Shown here piece by piece: positions 40,597 to 47,061 of a DNA stretch of 64,000 nucleotides. Within the stretch, counting starts at the first letter, position 1. Every line of letters begins with the position of its first letter. A program made the position numbers and the translations under genes. Below the pieces are notes generated by a model. That model was not told where the DNA came from. It did not search any database and was given only the letters and a program-made list of their open reading frames with translations. This DNA comes from Clostridia bacterium (GTDB lineage Bacteria > Bacillota > Clostridia > Oscillospirales > CAG-272). The DNA is taken from NCBI GenBank assembly GCA_017556745.1, contig JAFYMF010000010.1, forward strand, positions 92,893 through 156,892, written 5' to 3'.

Positions 40597-41745
40597 TCAA
40601 AGGAGAGATCTGTAAAGCTCTGCGATCTCTTCCTCGCTTGTATCACGGGGATTACCGGGACGACATGCATCTGCAAAAGCTGACTTGGAAAGAAAATCGA
40701 CATCCTCTTCCTTAACTATATCCTTAAGTGTAGCGGGAATACCTACGTCAGCGGAAAGCTTCTTGACAGCATCGATGGCTGCTTTTCTGTACTCTTTCTG
40801 AGACATGGAATCGGTACCCTCAACGCCCATTGCACGCGCAATATCGCGGTATTTCTCGCCTGTCATGGGAGCGTTATACTCCATAACGGTAGGAAGGATT
40901 ATTGCGTTTGCAATACCATGAGGGGTATCATAGAGTGCACCGAGAGGATGAGCCATTGAGTGAACAATTCCGAGACCGACGTTGGAGAAACCCATACCTG
41001 CAACATACTGACCGAGAGCCATTCCCTCGCGGCCGGACTGCTTATTTTCAACTGCATCTCTGAGGGATTTTCCAATGATTTCGATAGCTTTAATATGAAA
41101 CATATCGGAAAGCTCCCAAGCACCCTTTGTGATATAACCTTCTATAGCATGGGTAAGTGCATCCATTCCGGTAGCGGCAGTAAGTCCTTTAGGCATAGTA
41201 TCCATCATAGCTGGGTCAACAACCGCAACAATAGGAATGTCATGAATGTCAACACAAACCATCTTGCGATTGTTCTTTTCATCGGTAATAACGTAATTTA
41301 TGGTAACCTCTGCCGCAGTACCTGCAGTTGTGGGAACAGCAATTATCGGAACGCACTTGTTCTTAGTAGGCGCAACACCTTCGAGACTGATAACATCCTC
41401 AAATTCAGGATTTGTAATTATAATACCAATAGCCTTTGCGGTATCCATAGAGGAACCGCCGCCTACTGCAACTATACAGTCAGCATCTGCTTTCTTAAAA
41501 GCAGTAACACCACCCTGAACATTTTCAACAGTAGGATTGGGCTTTATATTTGAATATACAGTGTAGGGAATAGATGCGGAGTCAAGTACGTCAGTGACCT
41601 TCTTGGTAACACCGAATTTGATCAGATCGGGATCTGAACAGAGAAAGACCTTCTTAAAGCCGCGGGCATTTATTTCCTCGGCAATAGCGGTAATGGCGCC
41701 GTACCCGTGATAGGATGTTTCGTTGAGAACGAAGCGATTAAACAT
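40597..41745 (-). CDS. Iron-containing alcohol dehydrogenase (lactaldehyde/1,2-propanediol oxidoreductase-like)
   Basis: 382 aa. GGGSSMDTAK and the H-rich metal site region (HAIE, HSMAHPLG) are typical of group III ADH / FucO-like enzymes. Confidence 0.85.
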   Translation of the reverse strand: MFNRFVLNETSYHGYGAITAIAEEINARGFKKVFLCSDPDLIKFGVTKKVTDVLDSASIPYTVYSNIKPNPTVENVQGGVTAFKKADADCIVAVGGGSSMDTAKAIGIIITNPEFEDVISLEGVAPTKNKCVPIIAVPTTAGTAAEVTINYVITDEKNNRKMVCVDIHDIPIVAVVDPAMMDTMPKGLTAATGMDALTHAIEGYITKGAWELSDMFHIKAIEIIGKSLRDAVENKQSGREGMALGQYVAGMGFSNVGLGIVHSMAHPLGALYDTPHGIANAIILPTVMEYNAPMTGEKYRDIARAMGVEGTDSMSQKEYRKAAIDAVKKLSADVGIPATLKDIVKEEDVDFLSKSAFADACRPGNPRDTSEEEIAELYRSLL

Positions 41746-41881
41746 AACTTAGAACTCCTTTGTTATTTTTTCTCAGTATAGCATTTATTTGTGTAAAAAT
41801 CAAGTGTTAACTATGATGCCTAGGTAAAGTGAATGTGAATATAAAATGACATAAATATATTTGCACTTTACTATGCTGAAC

Positions 41882-41910
41882 TTGACAAAAAACAGTTAAT
41901 TTGTTATAAT
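41882..41910 (+). promoter_or_regulatory. Sigma-A-type promoter
   Basis: TTGACA (41882-41887), 17 bp, TATAAT (41905-41910). Confidence 0.5.
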
Positions 41911-41968
41911 TATTTATCTTATAAATGAGGCGCGAACGCCCCGATAAAAGAAAGTAGGTATTTTTATT

Positions 41969-42916
41969 ATGAAGGTTGCACTTTGTGGTGTATGGCACGT
42001 ACATGCAGGCGGATATGCAAAGACCGCTAAGGAGTTTTCCGATGTTATCGGTGTTTGGGAAGCAGATAGCGAGAGAAAAGCTAATTTTGCAGAGAAGCAT
42101 GAGATTCCCGCTTTCGATACCTTTGAGGATCTTCTCGCATCCGATGCTGAAGGCGTAATCGTTTGCGCTTCTACCGATATGCACGCTGATCTTATGGTCA
42201 GAATAGCTGATGCAGGTAAGCATATCTTTACCGAAAAAGTTCTTACCCTTACCGACGAGGATGCCGACAGAGTTGCTGATGCTGTTAAGAGAAACAACGT
42301 TAAATTCGTTATTTCCTATCCCTGGAAGAAGAATGCCGGTGTTATTACCCTTAAGAACATGGTTGATGCAGATGAGATCGGCGTAATTAATTTCTTCCGT
42401 TTCCGTAACTGCCATTCCGGTAGTAGCGCTAACTGGCTTCCCAAGCACTTCTATAACGCTAAGGAGTGCGGCGGCGGTGCTATGATCGACCTTGGTGCTC
42501 ACGGTATGTATCTTACCGACTGGTTCTGCGGTGAGCCTGTTACTTACAAGTCTGTATTTACTAACGCTTGTATTAACGAGGATGCTAATGTTATCAACGT
42601 TGACCGTGTTGAGGATAACGCTGTTACCGTTATGGGATTTGCAAACGGTTGTATAGCCATAAACGAGACCGGTTTCGTTTCAAAGCACTATCCTTGCGTT
42701 CTTGAAATCGGTGGCAGTACCGGTTCTCTTATGTGGTACGGTGGAGATACTATCATCAAGCGTACTGAGGCAGGTGTAGAGGAAATCAAGGTTGACGAAA
42801 GTGTTGCTACTCTTTCTCCCCTCAAGCAGTTCCTTACCACTGACGACATACTTCCCGGTTACGGCATAGAGGAAGCAAAGAGACTCACTCACATGATGGT
42901 TGAAGCATATAAATAA
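41969..42916 (+). CDS. Gfo/Idh/MocA family oxidoreductase
   Basis: 315 aa with an N-terminal Rossmann fold and the EKVL/EKP-type motif (FTEKVL). Confidence 0.8.
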   Translation: MKVALCGVWHVHAGGYAKTAKEFSDVIGVWEADSERKANFAEKHEIPAFDTFEDLLASDAEGVIVCASTDMHADLMVRIADAGKHIFTEKVLTLTDEDADRVADAVKRNNVKFVISYPWKKNAGVITLKNMVDADEIGVINFFRFRNCHSGSSANWLPKHFYNAKECGGGAMIDLGAHGMYLTDWFCGEPVTYKSVFTNACINEDANVINVDRVEDNAVTVMGFANGCIAINETGFVSKHYPCVLEIGGSTGSLMWYGGDTIIKRTEAGVEEIKVDESVATLSPLKQFLTTDDILPGYGIEEAKRLTHMMVEAYK

Positions 42917-42945
42917 TTTTATATAAAGTATCATAAAACATGATT

Positions 42946-43000
42946 AAGACGGGGTTTGAAGCAATTAGCAATTGTTTTGACTCCGTCTTTTGTTTTTTCT
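42946..43000 (+). terminator. Rho-independent terminator
   Basis: AAGACGGGG ... CTCCGTCTT stem followed by a T-rich tract. Confidence 0.55.
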
Positions 43001-43103
43001 TAAAACCGCCGGTGCTGCCCCTTGTATCTATTCTTTCGGATTTGACATACTATGTAGATGAGGAGGAAAACTCTTCACTAATGACAATGAAAGGATCGAC
43101 ATA

Positions 43104-43424
43104 ATGTATACGGAAGAAAACAATATGATGTCACGTGAAATGATCGGTAACGAGTATCTTTTGCATGCGGCTGACAATAGAGGGCACAAATGTGATATGC
43201 CAAATAACAGATGTAACAGAAATACAGATAACGGCATAAGATGTACACCAAGCAAGACCTTTGGTCTTGATGGCTATCCTCTTGCCTCGATGTATGCTCC
43301 GCTTCAGGAATTCAGAAATCTATACGATAAGGAGACTGCTCTTATGGATGGCACTCTTTTTGCAGAGCTTAATCTTCCTTTTATGGGTGCAAGTGTTACA
43401 AAAGGAAGGTGTTTACATGATTAA
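43104..43424 (+). CDS. cotJA: Spore coat-associated protein CotJA
   Basis: GYPLASMYAPLQEFRNLYDKETALMDGTLFAELNLPF matches the CotJA family core. First gene of the cotJ operon. The exact start is uncertain. Confidence 0.75.
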   Translation: MYTEENNMMSREMIGNEYLLHAADNRGHKCDMPNNRCNRNTDNGIRCTPSKTFGLDGYPLASMYAPLQEFRNLYDKETALMDGTLFAELNLPFMGASVTKGRCLHD

Positions 43425-43746
43425 TTCCGGTAGACTAGATAGACGTGATTTATCAGCGGTGCGAAGATGTTCTGGGACAAATATCACGCCAAAGGAGACA
43501 AGAAAGCTCATCCATGAACTTCAACTCATAGATTTTTCGCTGATTGATACAATACTGTATCTTGATGCATATCCTTGCTCGGCAGAGGCACTTGATCACT
43601 ATCATAAACTACTTGCCGAAAAGAAGAAGATAGAAGAACTGCTGAGTCAAAGTGGATATCCCATAACAGCTAAAAACAATATATCCACATCTGCTTGGAA
43701 ATGGACAGATGGTCCATGGCCCTGGGAACTTGACGCTAACATGTGA
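43417..43746 (+). CDS. cotJB: Spore coat protein CotJB
   Basis: IDFSLIDTILYLDAYPCSAEALDHYH...GPWPWE. The ATG at 43417 follows an AAAGGAAGG RBS and overlaps the cotJA stop. Confidence 0.85.
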   Translation: MINSGRLDRRDLSAVRRCSGTNITPKETRKLIHELQLIDFSLIDTILYLDAYPCSAEALDHYHKLLAEKKKIEELLSQSGYPITAKNNISTSAWKWTDGPWPWELDANM

Positions 43747-43766
43747 GGAAAGGACGGACATACAGC

Positions 43767-43953
43767 ATGTGGATTTATGAAAAGAAACTTGAATATCCCG
43801 TTAAGATAAAGCACCCAAATTTACAAATTGCTAATATAGTGGTATCACAGCTTGGTGGACCGGATGGGGAACTCGGTGCATCTATGAGGTATCTTCATCA
43901 AAGATATTCCTGCCCCAATGCAAAAATAAGCGGAATACTGACAGATGTCGGTA
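43767..43953 (+). CDS. cotJC: cotJC 5' segment (codons 1-62 of a split manganese-catalase-family spore coat gene)
   Basis: MWIYEKKLEYPVKIK...GGPDGELGASMRYLHQRY...ILTDVG is colinear with the CotJC N-terminus. Homology stops at 43953. The ORF then reads 9 unrelated codons and stops at 43980-43982. Confidence 0.85.
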
Positions 43954-43985
43954 TAGAGGATATAAATTGTGCATTTATGTGATAA

Positions 43986-44220
43986 AAAATATTTATGAGG
44001 AAAAATCTCCTTTAAAAAAATCTTTCATACTTATTATGTAAACTTACATGAGTGAGTTTCGAAAAATATTTTTAATAAAGGAGAAAATTTTTTATGGAAA
44101 AAAATTTCATTTTCAATGGCGCTACTTATAATACTCGCGAGGAAGCAGAAGAGGCAGTATTTAACTATGCTACCGAAACATACGATGATATGTTGGATGA
44201 ATGCAATGAAGAGGTCAAAA
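43986..44220 (+). repeat. Repeat A, copy 1 (5' regulatory region plus first codons of orf93)
   Basis: Near-identical to 44577-44764: AAAATATTTATGAGGAAAAATCTCC...TCTTTCATACTT...AAACTTAC-N4-GT(G/A)AGTTT...AAGGAGAAA..ATGGAAAAAA. The coding part is alignable except for a 45-nt indel. Confidence 0.85.
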
Positions 44221-44375
44221 TCGGTAGTTTATCCTATCCTGTGTCATATGTTTTCAAAAGAGTTGATGAAATCGCTTATCGTTGTGGTTTGAACGATTAT
44301 GCTGATAGTTTGTTGTATGACATTGAAACAGAAGAGGTTGAACCAGAGGAAGACGAAATTGACGAAGAAAGATAA
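44094..44375 (+). CDS. Small acidic hypothetical protein (93 aa)
   Basis: AAAGGAG RBS. Highly acidic C-terminus (EEVEPEEDEIDEER). Shares its first ~12 codons and the DMLDEC-EEVK block with the downstream methyltransferase gene. Confidence 0.6.
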   Translation: MEKNFIFNGATYNTREEAEEAVFNYATETYDDMLDECNEEVKIGSLSYPVSYVFKRVDEIAYRCGLNDYADSLLYDIETEEVEPEEDEIDEER

Positions 44376-44407
44376 TACCAAGAAATGAACTAACCTAATA
44401 CAGAAAG

Positions 44408-44439
44408 AACGAGATGTCTCCGGGACATTTCGTTTTTTC
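44408..44439 (+). terminator. Rho-independent terminator
   Basis: AACGAGATGTC / GACATTTCGTT stem (one G-U pair) plus T6. Confidence 0.7.
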
Positions 44440-44467
44440 TGTTTACTACTGAATTTTATTCTGTCAC

Positions 44468-44546
44468 GCTTTGTTTGGATGTGTGCCGTATGGAGTAGGT
44501 TGGTGCTGTTATGTCTTGTTAAGTTCGGTTCTGCGAAAAAAACGGA
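44468..44546 (+). repeat. Repeat B, copy 1 (79 bp)
   Basis: GCTTTGTTTGGATGTGTGCCGTATGGAGTAGGTTGGTGCTGTTATGTCTTGTTAAGTTCGGTTCTGCGAAAAAAACGGA. It differs from copy 2 by 2 substitutions and 1 A-run indel. Confidence 0.9.
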
Positions 44547-44576
44547 TTTCCGTGAAGGATCCATCAAAAAACCAAC

Positions 44577-44764
44577 AAAATATTTATGAGGAAAAATCTC
44601 CTTTTATAAAATCTTTCATACTTTTCATGAAAACTTACACCAGTAAGTTTGTGAAAAATATATTTTATAAGGAGAAATTTCTATGGAAAAAATTTTTGTT
44701 TTTAATAACAGTCCTTACAACACATGCGAGGATATGCTGGATGAATGCTATGATGAGGTCAAAA
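44577..44764 (+). repeat. Repeat A, copy 2 (5' regulatory region plus first codons of the methyltransferase gene)
   Basis: See copy 1. It contains the perfect inverted repeat AAACTTAC-acca-GTAAGTTT (44631-44650). Confidence 0.85.
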
Positions 44765-45390
44765 CACCGAAAAAAGCAACGAAAGTTCCAGAGAGTAAGA
44801 CGAACAATAATATTTTCACTCCCTTGGGGGCAAGTAACCATTCGAACAAAAAACGAGAAGAACATGACTATTATGCAACTGACCCAAAGGCGTTGGAACT
44901 CTTGTTAGAACTTGAATCCTTTTCCAATTATGTATGGGAGTGTGCTTGCGGTGGCGGACATTTAAGTGAAGTCCTAAAAAAACACGGTCACGATGTAAAG
45001 TCAACAGATATTATTGACCGCGGTTATGAGGGAACAGAACTCATGGACTTTTTGACTGTAACCAAAGAAGACATAGCAAACGAGCACTCAAGAGATATTA
45101 TCACAAACCCACCTTACAAGTATGGAAAAGAGTTTGTAGAGCATGCATTGAACATTTCCCCAGAGGGAACAAAAATTGCCATGTTCTTAAAAGTACAATT
45201 CCTTGAGGGGAAAGCACGCAAAGCACTGTTCAACAAGTACCCACCCAAAACAATCTATGTATCGTCAAGTAGATTGCTGTGTGCCAAAAATGGTGTGTTT
45301 AAAGAAGACGAAAGTTCCGCTATAGCGTATGCTTGGTATATTTGGGAAAAGGGTTATGCCGGTGACACCATAATCAAATGGTTTAACTAA
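44683..45390 (+). CDS. Orphan DNA methyltransferase (NPPY, N6-adenine/N4-cytosine type) with an N-terminus borrowed from the orf93 family
   Basis: HDYYATDPKALELLL, VWECACGGGHLSEVL (SAM-binding) and IITNPPYKYG (catalytic) motifs. There is no adjacent restriction endonuclease gene. Confidence 0.75.
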   Translation: MEKIFVFNNSPYNTCEDMLDECYDEVKTPKKATKVPESKTNNNIFTPLGASNHSNKKREEHDYYATDPKALELLLELESFSNYVWECACGGGHLSEVLKKHGHDVKSTDIIDRGYEGTELMDFLTVTKEDIANEHSRDIITNPPYKYGKEFVEHALNISPEGTKIAMFLKVQFLEGKARKALFNKYPPKTIYVSSSRLLCAKNGVFKEDESSAIAYAWYIWEKGYAGDTIIKWFN

Positions 45391-45417
45391 AACAAAGGCG
45401 AAAGTTCTAATCTGCCT

Positions 45418-45497
45418 GCTTTGTTTGGATGTGTGCCGTATGGAGTAGGTTGGTGCAGTTATGTCTTGTTAAGTTTGGTTCTGCGAAAAAAAACGGA
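45418..45497 (+). repeat. Repeat B, copy 2 (80 bp)
   Basis: See copy 1. It starts 28 bp after the methyltransferase stop. Confidence 0.9.
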
Positions 45498-45591
45498 ATT
45501 TTTGCAATTTTCCGATTTTCAATCAAACTTGTCATACTTATATCGTAACAAAATACATAGTTCCCACGAATATGGGAAGAAAGGAAAAGTC

Positions 45592-45807
45592 ATGAAAGAA
45601 TTAAAAAAGTATATGGAATGTCTAAACGATGAAGAGTTCGGGCGACTTGTCAAAACATATTTTTATTATATGACACATCAAGACATTCCACCGAATATTG
45701 ATAGTCGCGCAGAACAGATATTTAGAACGACCATCAAAGCAAAATGTGATGTTCAACTTAAAGACAGAATAAGAAAAAGAAAGGGGAAAACAAATGCGAG
45801 AGGTTAA
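45592..45807 (+). CDS. Small hypothetical protein (72 aa), phage/plasmid replisome-organiser-N-terminal-like motif
   Basis: AAGGAAAAG RBS with ATG at 45592. LNDEEFGRLVKTYFYY resembles the L(S/T)DEExGxL motif of DnaD-like / DUF6291-type proteins. Basic C-terminus. Confidence 0.5.
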   Translation: MKELKKYMECLNDEEFGRLVKTYFYYMTHQDIPPNIDSRAEQIFRTTIKAKCDVQLKDRIRKRKGKTNARG

Positions 45808-46375
45808 AGACACGTTGGGAATAAAATATGATAAGTATGCTCTGTTGTATAATATGGATGACAGAGATGCCGGAAAACTGATAAAGTATTTGTTGTGGCA
45901 CTTTGGAAAGGACTGCATTTTAGAAAACTTGACAGCAGTATCAAAGAAGAAAATCACAGAGTATTCGAACAAGTTGGAAAAAGATGTTGAGGATATGCTG
46001 GATGATTTTCTGTTTGATAAGATATTTACAGAAATGACACAGCAAGTAACTAAATCACATAAATGTTGGCAAACTCTCAAAGATAACTTGGAAAAAAACA
46101 AAGGCAAAAATAAAGATACAGTAGAGAATCAAGGAACTGAACCACCGTGGGAACCGCCGTGTGTCCCCAATATGCATGTTATAGACATATACATAGAGGA
46201 AACCGGGGAAATTGAAACGATTATCGTGGAGGAAGAATACAAGAACAACACACCGTCCGGTGAGGAGTTAAATGCACACTTTTTATCTGATGATATTAAA
46301 TATATTATTATGAACGGGAATGGAAACGGATGGGTGGAACATTGGAGCGAATATGAACCATGTTCAAATAGTTAA
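45794..46375 (+). CDS. Hypothetical protein (193 aa)
   Basis: Overlaps the upstream stop by 14 nt. Contains the MDDRDAGKLIKYLLWH motif, similar to the previous ORF, and YDKYALLY, shared with the next ORF. Confidence 0.55.
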   Translation: MREVKDTLGIKYDKYALLYNMDDRDAGKLIKYLLWHFGKDCILENLTAVSKKKITEYSNKLEKDVEDMLDDFLFDKIFTEMTQQVTKSHKCWQTLKDNLEKNKGKNKDTVENQGTEPPWEPPCVPNMHVIDIYIEETGEIETIIVEEEYKNNTPSGEELNAHFLSDDIKYIIMNGNGNGWVEHWSEYEPCSNS

Positions 46376-46396
46376 TAGAAGAAAGGAGAACAAAAC

Positions 46397-46636
46397 GTGA
46401 GAACAGTTAAAAACAGTAGCGGTCATACATATCTAATACTTGCGGAATACGATAAATACGCCCTGCTGTATTGTCAACACTATAACGAGTACATTGTTGC
46501 ATATGGCATGGAAAATCAATTGTGTAACACAATAAAATGGCAGCAAGGTAGGTATTTCCAAAACGACCAAATCGCTGCTATAAACTACTTCAACGAAAAA
46601 ACACTAGAAAAGAAAGGAGAAACAATCAATGGATGA
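46397..46636 (+). CDS. Hypothetical protein (79 aa)
   Basis: GAAAGGAG RBS with GTG start. Shares the MRxVK...YDKYALLY pattern with the 193-aa ORF, with synonymous third-position differences. Confidence 0.5.
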   Translation: MRTVKNSSGHTYLILAEYDKYALLYCQHYNEYIVAYGMENQLCNTIKWQQGRYFQNDQIAAINYFNEKTLEKKGETING

Positions 46637-46814
46637 TAAAATCACTTGGGAAGATTTAGAGATTATCTTCACAAAAGAATTCGTTGACACCCTTAAACTG
46701 ATATATCAAAACAAAGACAGCATACTGCGATTAGCGAAAAAAAGGCAATCAGCACTCAAAGATATCGAAAATATGCTGAAAGATATCGAAGAGAAAAAGT
46801 ACAAAGATGATTGA
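46629..46814 (+). CDS. Hypothetical protein (61 aa)
   Basis: GAAAGGAG RBS. Overlaps the upstream gene by 8 nt. Predicted helical and charged. Confidence 0.45.
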   Translation: MDDKITWEDLEIIFTKEFVDTLKLIYQNKDSILRLAKKRQSALKDIENMLKDIEEKKYKDD

Positions 46815-46946
46815 CAGATACACACAGAAATCACTGTCGGTAGACCTTGCGGACTTGGTACAAGTCGTAGTAAGTCATATTTCTGCGAAATGGAAACAGT
46901 TTCGCTCATACTGTTATCATTAGAGCAGAGATATGACCGCACGAAG

Positions 46947-47050
46947 AAATACCCTCGTCGGATCGACGAGGGTATTTTGCAGTAAGGTTTAACGGCAACA
47001 ACTACCGCTTTCTGTTGCCGTTCCTTTGCTCCCACAATTTTGAGCAAAGG
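46947..47050. other. Three consecutive perfect hairpins upstream of the relaxase gene (candidate oriT region)
   Basis: Hairpin 1 is AAATACCCTCGTCG-gat-CGACGAGGGTATTT (46947-46977). Hairpin 2 is AACGGCAACA-N12-TGTTGCCGTT (46991-47022). Hairpin 3 is CCTTTGCTC-N10-GAGCAAAGG (47023-47050) and overlaps the mob RBS. Confidence 0.4.
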
Positions 47051-47061
47051 AGATTTTTGAC

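Noticed and set aside
41807-42502. 231-aa minus-strand ORF (plus the nested 127-aa ORF at 41914-42297)
   Set aside because: It lies antisense to a well-supported Gfo/Idh/MocA oxidoreductase gene. It has no RBS and a low-complexity, atypical composition, and its 5' part runs through the divergent promoter region. It is treated as a shadow ORF.
43025-43052. Sigma-E-type promoter upstream of cotJA (CATACTAT at 43045-43052)
   Set aside because: The -10 resembles the CATACAnT consensus, but I could not find a convincing ATATT-type -35 at the right spacing. In an AT-rich intergenic region this could be chance, so it is not reported as a feature.
43986-45497. Integron-like gene cassettes (repeat B as attC) or a CRISPR-like array
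   Set aside because: There is no tyrosine integron integrase. Repeat B lacks the RYYYAAC...GTTRRRY inverted core architecture. Only two copies are present, separated by whole genes rather than short spacers.
44471-45591. ORFs starting MFGCVPYGVGWC(C/S)YVLLS.. that begin inside each copy of repeat B (possible small hydrophobic type I toxin peptides)
   Set aside because: They have a TTG start without an RBS. The two copies have no conserved stop: one runs 145 codons through the next promoter and gene, the other 57 codons into the next RBS. The only two substitutions between copies are both non-synonymous. Conservation is better explained at the DNA/RNA level.
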